A stretch of 64,000 nt of DNA from positions 43,102 through 107,101 of the forward strand of contig CAWVXH010000003.1 in NCBI GenBank assembly GCA_963934165.1, in the 5' to 3' direction. Positions 1 to 9,025 of the stretch are shown here, piece by piece. The notes below the pieces were generated by a model. That model was not told the DNA's origin. It searched no databases and saw nothing but the letters and a program-made list of their open reading frames with translations. Each line of letters opens with the position of its first letter. The first letter of the stretch is position 1. Source of the stretch: an uncultured Candidatus Poseidoniales archaeon (GTDB lineage: Archaea > Thermoplasmatota > Poseidoniia > Poseidoniales > Thalassarchaeaceae). The translations under genes were made by a program, and so were the position numbers.

Positions 1-471
1 ATCCATGCATATGACCCATATTTACCTCCAGAAATAGCAAGCAACAACAACGTCACACTTCATAGTGATGTAAATGCTGTATTTTCTATGTGTACGCACA
101 TTTCTGTTCATTGTAACCATACAGGTGAAACACATCATTTAGTTAATGAAGATAGATTGAACTTGATGCCGCAAATAGGTGCGGATGGTACGCCGTGTGG
201 CAACCACATTGTGAATTGTGCCAGAGGAGGTATTGTTGACGAACACGCCACCCTATCAGCCCTAGAATCGGGTAAACTGACTTCAGCTGCATTAGATGTG
301 TTTGAGACTGAGCCAGCAATAGGAAACCAATTACTAAATCATCAAAATTTTCATGGGACCCCCCATATTGGAGCTGCTACTATGGAGGCCCAATCAAGAA
401 TTGGTCAAGAGATGGCTACTCAGTTGATTGACCATTTCAATGGCCAAAGGCCTCATTCCGCACTAAATTGA
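1..471 (+). CDS. D-isomer-specific 2-hydroxyacid dehydrogenase family (SerA/GyaR-like), C-terminal part; 5' end outside window
   Basis: Frame 1 is open from base 1. Motifs GGIVDE..L..AL..G, ALDVFETEP and HGTPHIGAAT are typical of the NAD-binding/catalytic domains of this family. Confidence 0.7.
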   Translation: MHAYDPYLPPEIASNNNVTLHSDVNAVFSMCTHISVHCNHTGETHHLVNEDRLNLMPQIGADGTPCGNHIVNCARGGIVDEHATLSALESGKLTSAALDVFETEPAIGNQLLNHQNFHGTPHIGAATMEAQSRIGQEMATQLIDHFNGQRPHSALN

Positions 472-510
472 TTTCATATCTTTCGTTTGTTAGCAGCATA
501 TTACCGAGTA

Positions 511-2979
511 TCATGAACTTAATTTATGCATATTTTTCAACTGGACACTAAAATCTTCTAATTCGACTGGGATTTTGATTCCTTGAATTTCTGAGTTGAG
601 CGATATCCCCCTTTCTTTTTTGGTTTTCCAAACTTTTGAATTGAAATTCATAATTGATTCAGTGGAGGATAATAATTTATCATCTATTTCGATAATTTTA
701 GGAAAACTGCAAGCGTCAACAGCGCTTTCTCCATAAAGAGTGGTAGATAGGTAATGAGTAAAGAATGGACAAATTGGGCTAAATGCTTGTAAATAATCTC
801 TCACAATACGATGAATTGTCCATGCGGCTTTAGTATCACCATCATACAATCTTGATTTGGCCATTTCTAACCAGTGACTGGGGAATACTCCTGTTCCGAA
901 ATTTTTCAGTCCTTGGGATGCGGAATAAATGTCTATATTTTCCCACGATTTCTCGGATTTTTGCATCATTTCACTAAATTCAGACAAAATCCATCTGTCC
1001 TCAATATCTAAATCATCAGGAATTTGATCTAAATCATCGGGAATAGAAAATTGGCTTGCAAATCTTACTACATTGAAAATCTTAGTCAAAACTCCAAAAT
1101 ACTTCGCCTCAATTTCTTCAGGATTGATTTGGAAATCATCACCTACTTGTGCTTCACAAGCCTTCCAAAGGCGGAAACATTCACTGCCAATCTTATTCGC
1201 ACGGAAATTTACTTGTTTCCCCTCTAGTCCTTTGATTTTCCAAGAACCAGTTCGTCCACCAGCCCCACATTCAAGAACCGAGTTAGCATCAATCCCATTT
1301 CCTAAAGATTTAGACATTTTTCTCCCCCATGGATCCATTCCTAAACCATCAATCCAAATATTCTCAAATCCGGGTTTATTTAACAATAGAGTACTTTTTA
1401 GTAGCGTGTAGTACAACCAAGTTCGTACGATTTCCTTCCCCTGGGGACGAATAGAGGTAGGGAAAGCTTTGTCAAACAAAGATGAATCTTGTAAATAACC
1501 AGAGACAAAAAGATTGGAATTCGATGAATCCATCCAAGTGTCGAATACTTTTTCTTCAGGAATTAAAGACCCTAGATCGTCAATCATTTCGGAATATGAG
1601 CCAATTTTTTCCCTAGTGACCCTATCCAAAACCTCTGATTCACCAGGGGGGTTTTCACGCCATGGTTGGACATAACTCCCAGATGGTGGCACGATAATCA
1701 TTTTCTCATCCTCTGAATACCAAATTGGTACTTCTGTATGGTACCATCGTCGGCGTGAAATCGGCCAATCAATAGATATTCCATCCATCCAATCATCTAA
1801 AAATTGTTGATTGCGAGGGGGGATAAAATTAATTTCTTTGATGTGATTTCTCATTCTATCGAGGGCATCAATTTGTTTAACATACCACTCTTTTAATAAA
1901 ATGATTTCAACTGGATTATTTCCTCTCTCACTCACAGGAATTTCTTGGTCATGATCTTTAATGGAAACTAACGACCCTCTTGATTCTAACAACAATATGG
2001 CTTCCTTGCGAGCATCGATAACTGACAGATTCTCCAGAGGACCTCCTATTTCAGTAATGTTTCCATCTAAATTAATTGCTACGAAAGGAGATATTCCTAA
2101 TTCTCTGAATATCGATACATCATTTTGGTCGCCGAATGAACAAACCATCAATACTCCAGAACCGAATTCCATTTTTACCGAAGGGTGTTGTTGAATTTCG
2201 ACAAAATCACTTCTTCCTTTAGTCGGAAGGGGTAATTCTAACTTCTTTCCAACTAAGTGTGTATACCTCTCGTCCTCTGGATGAACAACGACGACTCCGC
2301 AGGCACAAATGAGTTCTGGTCGAGTAGTGCTGATGACTAATTCTTCTCCATCTTCTGTAATCCATTTGACTTCGCACAATTTGGTTTTACGCGTAATTCT
2401 TTGAACTTCGGCATCGGCAATAGTAGTTTTTTCAATAGGATCATATATGTTAGGGCGATAATCTTCAATAATATCTCCTTGCTTGAATAATTGGACAAAA
2501 ATTGATTGTGAAGCCCCTCTAAATTCAGGTGAGTCAGTAAGATATTCTTTTTCAAAATCACATGAAAGCCCCACGCGGCAAGCGGTATCTCTCATCGCTT
2601 GAGTATATTCTTCGATTGTTTCTCTGCAAATTTCAATGAATTCCCCCCGCTCAAAAGTTCTCATTTTTTTACCAGTTTTCTTCTCAACAGTGAATTCAAT
2701 GTTAATTCCATTTCGATCGACTCCCCAAGGGAAGAATACCTCCTTCCCAAGTAATCTTTGACTTCTAGCAATAACGTCTATCATACTGTATTGAGCAACG
2801 GCTCCAATATGCCAAGTACCACTAGGGTATGGTGGAGGAGTATCAATGATGAAAAGTTCCTTTTCACTCTCAGGATTGAATGAATACCGTGTGGAATAAT
2901 TTTCCCCATAATGTTCCTCTTGAATCCTTTTTTCAAGATCTATAGACCATCTCTTATCACTGATTATGGGTGTACTCAT
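511..2979 (-). CDS. valS: Valyl-tRNA synthetase (class I)
   Basis: PPPYPSGTWHIG (HIGH-type), TTRPELICACGVVVVHPEDERY and KMSKS motifs; length about 820 aa. ATG at 2979 is preferred over the GTG at 2988. Confidence 0.85.
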   Translation of the reverse strand: MSTPIISDKRWSIDLEKRIQEEHYGENYSTRYSFNPESEKELFIIDTPPPYPSGTWHIGAVAQYSMIDVIARSQRLLGKEVFFPWGVDRNGINIEFTVEKKTGKKMRTFERGEFIEICRETIEEYTQAMRDTACRVGLSCDFEKEYLTDSPEFRGASQSIFVQLFKQGDIIEDYRPNIYDPIEKTTIADAEVQRITRKTKLCEVKWITEDGEELVISTTRPELICACGVVVVHPEDERYTHLVGKKLELPLPTKGRSDFVEIQQHPSVKMEFGSGVLMVCSFGDQNDVSIFRELGISPFVAINLDGNITEIGGPLENLSVIDARKEAILLLESRGSLVSIKDHDQEIPVSERGNNPVEIILLKEWYVKQIDALDRMRNHIKEINFIPPRNQQFLDDWMDGISIDWPISRRRWYHTEVPIWYSEDEKMIIVPPSGSYVQPWRENPPGESEVLDRVTREKIGSYSEMIDDLGSLIPEEKVFDTWMDSSNSNLFVSGYLQDSSLFDKAFPTSIRPQGKEIVRTWLYYTLLKSTLLLNKPGFENIWIDGLGMDPWGRKMSKSLGNGIDANSVLECGAGGRTGSWKIKGLEGKQVNFRANKIGSECFRLWKACEAQVGDDFQINPEEIEAKYFGVLTKIFNVVRFASQFSIPDDLDQIPDDLDIEDRWILSEFSEMMQKSEKSWENIDIYSASQGLKNFGTGVFPSHWLEMAKSRLYDGDTKAAWTIHRIVRDYLQAFSPICPFFTHYLSTTLYGESAVDACSFPKIIEIDDKLLSSTESIMNFNSKVWKTKKERGISLNSEIQGIKIPVELEDFSVQLKNMHKLSS

Positions 2980-3067
2980 ATCCAACACTCCGTGTTTTCA
3001 ATTTGAGTCTGCGGGCGTTATCTTCTTGACTATTCCCGCAAAGAGAATTGCAATAATATTCTCCCAC

Positions 3068-6052
3068 ATGAGAACAAATAATTGCGAGGGGTTGAAGTTC
3101 CTCCTTTCACCAGATGGAGTTGGTGGTATCGTGAGCCAACGTGACAATGAAGAAGATTCTTTGAACACTTCGCGATTTACACATGCTAAAAGCAAAATCA
3201 CTTCCAAATATTCTGAATCAATAAAATCAATTGATAATCTGAATCAGGATGCTATTGCAAGTTCCATCAAAAGAGCACCCAATGCTGTAAAAAGAGCACT
3301 AAAAAGTATGTCTGGTACAGATATTTTAACCAAAGTGCCTGTCATTACAGTTATTTTATCATTGTTAGTAACTGGGTTTTTTACAATGCATTCTGGAATT
3401 AATGATTGTAGGGATGGATATGAATATGATTGGTGTTATGAAGAATCCTCAATGAATGTAAACGGTGACCTTGCAGTTTACCTTCCTGATGGCTCTAAGG
3501 TGAAGGAATTAATCGAAGTTGTTGAAAACGATTGGACGACTAATGTGATGGTCATTTATGTTGAATCGGAAGATTATAACGTCACTACTGTCCGAATCCT
3601 AGACCAAATTGATGCAATTGAGAATAAGTTAAATCCCGCAAGAAATGACGCTGGGGCAGAAGATGATATCATCTATGTTCTTTCGATATCAACGGTAATT
3701 AAAGAAGTAAATTCAAGTGCTGTTAGAGTTACAAAAGCATTTTTTTCTGGATTAGCTGAAGCATCAGGCAATGAAGAATTGTCAGATCAAATGAATGAAA
3801 CAATAGATGAACAACAAGATTTTTTAGGGAATTATGCAATTCCAGATGAACAAGAAAGAATTGATCAAATTCTAGGCGAAATGCCCAAAAACGCCCTTAA
3901 TAAATTAGTTCGAGACGTTGGAAGAGAAGAAGCAGATCAAGCTTTTTATTGGAATAGAGCTGTGATAATTTTAGGAATTGCAAGCAATGAAAATATTAGT
4001 GTCTCTGAACTTATTGAAGAAACTCAGAAAGAAATTAACTTATTAGGGGTGGAAAATAACTGGGATGAATTAAATCTAACAATGACTCTAACTGGCCCAG
4101 TGCCAATTACTAATGCAGTCACAGAAGAATCATTCAAATTATTTTGGTCCGTTTTTCCTATAGGTGTATTTTTTGTAGCTTGTGGTTTGTTTATTTTCCA
4201 TTGCGACTTGTTACAAACTGGGCGTATTAGATGGGTCCAAGGTGTGAAAGTATTGATAATTGCAGGTCTGCCCACCCTGTGTTCAGTTTTCGTAACGATG
4301 GGGATTATTGGTTTTACGAATTATGAGGTCACAATGACGGTGATTTTAGTTGGCCCGATTGTCCTGGCATTAGGAGTGTCATATGGATTACATATCACAA
4401 ATAGATATGCAGAATCTAAAGGAACACCTCAAGAAAAAATGGCTGAAGCATTAAACTCTACTGGAAAAGCAGTTTTCTTATCAGCTGTTACCACTATTAT
4501 TGGATTTATTTCTTTGACATTTACCCCTATGAAACCAATTCAAACAGTGGGTTGGGGACTTGCAGGCGGGATTGTGGTTGTATACATCATGACAATGGTG
4601 ATGGTTCCAAATTTGACCATAATGTTAGATCTAAAAAAACCCTCCCACCCTCCACCTAAATTATTTACAAATGCGGTTGCAGTTCCAATCAAATGGACGC
4701 GCTTAACTCTATCAATATTCATTATAGCCTTGCTTATTTCATCTGGAATTTCAAGGCATAATGTTGAAGAAAATATCGATTTGTTAGACATGGCGCCTCA
4801 AACGAGGATGGATGGGACACCAGTACCAGCAGTGCAAAAGATGGGGCAATATAGTGACGAATTCGAAGCAGGACAACCAGGATTTTTGTTGATTCACGGT
4901 GACATTAGCGCATCACCAGAATTATCGGCAACTGGTAATGACCCATTTTCCAACTTAGAGGGTATTGAAAAATTGGAAGCGAATTGTAATTTAGTTTCGA
5001 ATACAACTGCAGTTTCGGTTGTGTTTCTCATGAAGGCGGTTGCTGTGAGTGTTAACTTATCTGGCACACCAATATCTGATATCATCGATAATACACCACT
5101 TCCAGAACCTATCAAAGACGTCGCAGCACTAATTTTTGATAGAGAGCAATCAGGAAACGCTTCTTTTTGGGCGGTTTTAGATACACTAAGCGTTCAAGAA
5201 ACTGGGGGCACACAGACTCAAAATTTTATGATTTATGTATTCTATAATAGTTTAACAAAAGAAATGAGGGAATTATTTGTTTCACCAGATTATCAGCGTA
5301 GTTTGATTTACATCGACATGCCCTTCATGGATGTTCAACGCACTCAACTCGCAGTAAAACAAGTTAATGATTTCGCGAGCCAAGATACTGGTGGAGCTAT
5401 TACTTCCACTGAATTAATCGGTGTTGCTTCCGTGACTATTGAAGTAAACAATCTCATTGTAGGTTCACAATGGAGTTCGTTAATCTTTGCATTATTATTT
5501 ACAGTTCTAACTTTAGGACTTGTATTCCGTGATATTAGATACGCATTATTAACTACCATTCCAGTAGGATTTACAGTAGGAATGCAATGGTTGGTGATGG
5601 ATTCAGGAGGTGTTGCTCTTAATCTCGTTACTGTTATGATTGGATCCATATTGGTTGGAGTAGGTGTAGATTTCTCTATTCATATCGCAAATAGAGTTAA
5701 GGAATTAGGCGGCTCTTTAGAGGCAATCAAAATTTCCTGTGCTAGTACTGGCATGAGCCTGTTCGAATCGACGACTGTAACTGCATTGGGTTTGATGAGT
5801 GCTAAATGGATTCCGATTCCAGCGGTTCAGCCATTTGTCGATGTTGTAATTATCTTACTAATTGTCGCTGCAATTTCTGCATTAATATTATTGCCAGCAA
5901 TTTATAGCCTCTTAGTTAAAGCAAATATAGGTTTGACTGGGGGTGTAACAACTATGGTCAAAAAAGCAGGGTTGCGCAGAGCTATCGCAAAAGATGAGGC
6001 AGATGTATTAGATGCATCATTGATATTCGGTTCTTCAGATGATGCTTGGTAG
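3068..6052 (+). CDS. RND-superfamily / MMPL-type exporter (COG1033-like), two 6-TM bundles with large extracytoplasmic loops
   Basis: Duplicated TM-bundle pattern (GPVPITNAV...LALGVSYGLHITNRY and ...VGVGVDFSIHIANR). ATG at 3068 avoids the overlap with valS; the start is uncertain. Confidence 0.7.
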   Translation: MRTNNCEGLKFLLSPDGVGGIVSQRDNEEDSLNTSRFTHAKSKITSKYSESIKSIDNLNQDAIASSIKRAPNAVKRALKSMSGTDILTKVPVITVILSLLVTGFFTMHSGINDCRDGYEYDWCYEESSMNVNGDLAVYLPDGSKVKELIEVVENDWTTNVMVIYVESEDYNVTTVRILDQIDAIENKLNPARNDAGAEDDIIYVLSISTVIKEVNSSAVRVTKAFFSGLAEASGNEELSDQMNETIDEQQDFLGNYAIPDEQERIDQILGEMPKNALNKLVRDVGREEADQAFYWNRAVIILGIASNENISVSELIEETQKEINLLGVENNWDELNLTMTLTGPVPITNAVTEESFKLFWSVFPIGVFFVACGLFIFHCDLLQTGRIRWVQGVKVLIIAGLPTLCSVFVTMGIIGFTNYEVTMTVILVGPIVLALGVSYGLHITNRYAESKGTPQEKMAEALNSTGKAVFLSAVTTIIGFISLTFTPMKPIQTVGWGLAGGIVVVYIMTMVMVPNLTIMLDLKKPSHPPPKLFTNAVAVPIKWTRLTLSIFIIALLISSGISRHNVEENIDLLDMAPQTRMDGTPVPAVQKMGQYSDEFEAGQPGFLLIHGDISASPELSATGNDPFSNLEGIEKLEANCNLVSNTTAVSVVFLMKAVAVSVNLSGTPISDIIDNTPLPEPIKDVAALIFDREQSGNASFWAVLDTLSVQETGGTQTQNFMIYVFYNSLTKEMRELFVSPDYQRSLIYIDMPFMDVQRTQLAVKQVNDFASQDTGGAITSTELIGVASVTIEVNNLIVGSQWSSLIFALLFTVLTLGLVFRDIRYALLTTIPVGFTVGMQWLVMDSGGVALNLVTVMIGSILVGVGVDFSIHIANRVKELGGSLEAIKISCASTGMSLFESTTVTALGLMSAKWIPIPAVQPFVDVVIILLIVAAISALILLPAIYSLLVKANIGLTGGVTTMVKKAGLRRAIAKDEADVLDASLIFGSSDDAW

Positions 6053-6060
6053 GGATAAAA

Positions 6061-6534
6061 ATGAGAAATTATTGGCTTATGAAAAGTGAACCGGATGTTT
6101 ACTCCTGGTCTATGTTAGTAAAAGATAAATCTACTCATTGGGATGGTGTTAGAAATTATCAAGCTAGGAATATAATGCGGGATTCAATGAAAATGGGAGA
6201 TTTAGTTTTTTTTTACCATTCGAATTGCAAACCGCCCCACATTGCTGGAATTGCAAGAATCTGCAAAGAATCTTATCCCGACTTTACTTCTTGGGATCCG
6301 AAATCAAAATATTATGATCCGAAATCTTCTGAAGAAAATCCAAGATGGTTTATGATTGATATCGAACCAATTTCAGAAATTAATACAATTAATTTACACG
6401 ATGCAAAGGAAAATGCAGATTTATTGGGATTGGCTTTAATTCGAAAAGGGCAACGACTTTCAGTACAACCTGTAAGTTCTGAGCATTTTGAAATTCTGTG
6501 TCAAATGGGTGGAATAAAAAGTATACCAGTTTAG
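6061..6534 (+). CDS. EVE (PUA-like, DUF55) domain protein
   Basis: YWLMKSEPDVYSW...HWDGVRNYQARNIMRD.MK.GDLVFFYHSN is the classic EVE-domain signature. Confidence 0.75.
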   Translation: MRNYWLMKSEPDVYSWSMLVKDKSTHWDGVRNYQARNIMRDSMKMGDLVFFYHSNCKPPHIAGIARICKESYPDFTSWDPKSKYYDPKSSEENPRWFMIDIEPISEINTINLHDAKENADLLGLALIRKGQRLSVQPVSSEHFEILCQMGGIKSIPV

Positions 6535-6535
6535 T

Positions 6536-6842
6536 GGGCACGTTCTCGGTGGACACTCGTCACAAACGATGAAAATTCACCAATTTCCTCCACTCCGCAT
6601 TCCCAAGGCATCCAGCATCCCCGGTCGGGTTGCTCGCTTCCGCGCCTGACCTGGTTCCCGGGCTTAAGACAGTCCGACATTCCCTTCGGAATGACATTGT
6701 GCCAACCTGCATCTCTTGGGGGCGAAGCATCGACGTCAATTGGTGGGTCACCATAAGCTCGTCTGAGCCGCCCTCGAACTTCGGGACACCTTTTTCAACG
6801 ATTTGTGTAAAATAGAGCACGTCAACACTCCCCCTAGCCCAA
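6536..6842 (-). ncRNA. Signal recognition particle RNA (archaeal 7S/SRP RNA); ends approximate (+/- 25 nt)
   Basis: GC-rich island in an AT-rich genome. The minus strand reads ACCAGGUCAGG-CGC-GGAAG-CGAGCAAC (plus 6645-6655 = cctgacctggt). This matches the universally conserved helix-8 motif (ACCAGGUCAGG..GGAA tetraloop..AGCA). The 5' UGGGC and 3' GCCCA can pair, the length is about 300 nt, and the ORFs here look spurious. Confidence 0.7.
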
Positions 6843-6899
6843 CACCCCTAGGGAAGTGTCCCCTATCAACGAATCCCTTTCGGAGAGATGTGATTTAGT

Positions 6900-7283
6900 C
6901 TATTGTTCGGCTTCATATTTTGATGGGCAACCAGTTTGAATTTCCTTGGCTTGGATGAACCAAATGCCATCATTAAACACTAATTTCCCTTTTACTGATA
7001 TTGTTAATCCATCAGAAAATCCATCAGGAAGGGAAATACTAGAGTGATCGATTAATATTTCTTCAACTTCACCAGACAGTAAAAATAAGTTGTTACCATC
7101 ATCAACAATACCAATTACAACTTCACCTCTTAAATGAACATCATCATTTTTAAAATCTTCAGGGGATTCCATTAACTCATCTACTGAATATTGGTAATCC
7201 TTGTCCACGTTAAGAAACATTAGAGAAGTAAAAAATAATAATATAACTCCAATTATTATCAATCTATTATTTCTTGTTAGCAA
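6900..7283 (-). CDS. ccmE: CcmE-like heme chaperone, CxxxY variant (membrane-anchored OB fold)
   Basis: Aligns by eye along the whole length with E. coli CcmE: N-terminal anchor RNNRLIIIGVILL; LPDGFSDGLTISVKGKL vs LPDLFREGQGVVVQGEL; AKEIQTGCPSKY vs AKEVLAKHDENY. Cys replaces the heme-binding His (motif at 6915-6929). Confidence 0.6.
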   Translation of the reverse strand: MLTRNNRLIIIGVILLFFTSLMFLNVDKDYQYSVDELMESPEDFKNDDVHLRGEVVIGIVDDGNNLFLLSGEVEEILIDHSSISLPDGFSDGLTISVKGKLVFNDGIWFIQAKEIQTGCPSKYEAEQ

Positions 7284-7316
7284 TTATTATACCTCCTTAA
7301 ATTCTTGATAATACAA

Positions 7317-8420
7317 TCAATGATGATTATATCCTACCGCCTCTTCAATATTCACAAAGCCTTCAGTTTTTACTTTCTTTTTGAGTCCTTTGACAATTTC
7401 AGAAACTACCGAGGGGCCTTTGAAAATTAATGCAGAATACAATTGTAATAACGAGGCCCCAGATTGAACCATTTCCCAAGCAACATCTGCAGAGTCAATT
7501 CCACCCACACCAACAATTGGAACTGATCCCCCCGTTGAATCATAGAGTAGATTAACAACTTCTAGAGCCCTTTTATTGATTGGTCGACCTGATAATCCAC
7601 CGGATTCAGCGAATGCGGACCTAGATCTAGAGTTATTTGGTACTGGGCGAGAAATTGTGGTATTAGTTGCTACGAACCCGCTAATTCCATTAGAAAGGGC
7701 AATCTCAGCTGATGAAATCAAATCATCATCCGATTCATCTGGTGAAAATTTCAATATAAGCGGTTTATTATCGCCCATTTTTTCTCTAACATTAGAACAT
7801 GAATTGATAACTTTAGCAAGACCATCCCCTCTTTGGAGATTGCGAAGACCAGGGGTATTTGGTGAAGAAACATTCAGAACAAACATATCAGCATAATCCC
7901 AAAGAAGTTCCAAAGAAGATGAAAAATCATCAGCTGCATCATCATTTGTAACTTTTTTTGACCGCCCTATATTAGCCACCACTGGCGTATTAGGCCATTT
8001 CCCTCGTGCCTTTCTTTGATTGAGAGAGTCCCTCATCGCTAATGCACCCGGATTGTTAAATCCCATACGATTAACTAAGGCTTGTTCTGAATCAGCTCTA
8101 AACATTCTAGGTTTAGGGTTTCCGTCTTGGGGATAGCGAGTAATTCCTCCATACTCCATCCAGGAAAATCCTAAAGCAGGCCAAGCAGTTAATGCCTGTG
8201 CTTTTTTATCAAACCCGGCGGCAAGACCTAAAGGGTGGTGGAATAATTTCCCGAATACATGAATTGGTAATTCTGGTGCATGGTATGCGCTACTAATTAC
8301 TTTCTGACCTGCTGGGTTTTGTCCGAATCGGGAAAGAAAATTTAGACTGAGCTGATGGGCCTTTTCGGAATCCATGTAACGGAACATAGGTCGGACGAAT
8401 GTCCTATATGCAAGCCCCAC
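7317..8420 (-). CDS. pyrD: Dihydroorotate dehydrogenase (quinone), class 2
   Basis: N-terminus parallels E. coli PyrD (AYRTFVRPMFRYMDSEKAHQL). GLAAGFDK, NRMGFNN, NVSSPNTPGLR and GGLSG motifs; GTG start. Confidence 0.9.
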   Translation of the reverse strand: MGLAYRTFVRPMFRYMDSEKAHQLSLNFLSRFGQNPAGQKVISSAYHAPELPIHVFGKLFHHPLGLAAGFDKKAQALTAWPALGFSWMEYGGITRYPQDGNPKPRMFRADSEQALVNRMGFNNPGALAMRDSLNQRKARGKWPNTPVVANIGRSKKVTNDDAADDFSSSLELLWDYADMFVLNVSSPNTPGLRNLQRGDGLAKVINSCSNVREKMGDNKPLILKFSPDESDDDLISSAEIALSNGISGFVATNTTISRPVPNNSRSRSAFAESGGLSGRPINKRALEVVNLLYDSTGGSVPIVGVGGIDSADVAWEMVQSGASLLQLYSALIFKGPSVVSEIVKGLKKKVKTEGFVNIEEAVGYNHH

Positions 8421-8472
8421 ATCTATCCGGCGGAAACGGTATCCTTCAAGAGTTCCGTCCCCACGGCTAAGT

Positions 8473-8883
8473 ATGAACCAATCTGCTAACTCTTTGGCTA
8501 TCTCAGAATTAGCAAGAAGGATTCTTCGTTCTACTGGTTGTATAATCAGCCACCCTAGTTACATAGTAGATGAAATGAAAACATTTCCTACCGAATTATC
8601 TGATTTGGCACCCACAATTATATTTGGAATACAGAATAATTTACACATCTCTGAATGTATAAAAATAACTTTCGATAAAACACCTAATGGTGGAATTATT
8701 TCAAAAGAATGTCCGGAAAACCTTGATGATGTTTGGATAAAAGGAGATTACAAATATTGGCCTCGATTAAAAAAAATAATTCTTGATTTAGCAGAAGCGG
8801 GTTACCCTGGTTGTATCGGATGTGCAGGTCCAGCGGCTGAATTGCCATGGGATGAAATATCTTCCAGAAGTAAAATTGCATGA
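8473..8883 (+). CDS. Hypothetical protein (136 aa)
   Basis: Only an ORF of reasonable length divergent from pyrD; no recognisable motif. Confidence 0.35.
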   Translation: MNQSANSLAISELARRILRSTGCIISHPSYIVDEMKTFPTELSDLAPTIIFGIQNNLHISECIKITFDKTPNGGIISKECPENLDDVWIKGDYKYWPRLKKIILDLAEAGYPGCIGCAGPAAELPWDEISSRSKIA

Positions 8884-8902
8884 CCGCCTCGCGCGCTCGC
8901 AT

Positions 8903-8916
8903 ACACGCGCGCGTGT
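8903..8916. repeat. 14-bp perfect GC-rich palindrome ACACGCGCGCGTGT within an 18-nt alternating purine/pyrimidine run, between the hypothetical gene and topA
   Basis: Read directly: gcatacacgcgcgcgtgt, preceded by ctcgcgcgctcgc (8888-8900). A TATA-like tttataca lies about 25 nt downstream. Confidence 0.6.
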
Positions 8917-9025
8917 TGGGTGAATTCTGTTTTGCTCAAGTTTATACACGTCGTATTGTGCGATGAGAAATTATGGTTCGGAATCTCCGAACTATTGTTT
9001 GCGAGAGTGAAGAAATTTGAAATTA

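Noticed and set aside
6560-6820. ORFs of 86 aa (minus) and 61 aa (plus, 6630-6815) in the ORF track
   Set aside because: They lie entirely within the GC-rich SRP RNA gene. Their composition (Pro/Gly/Arg/Ser-rich) looks like translation of structured RNA, not a protein.
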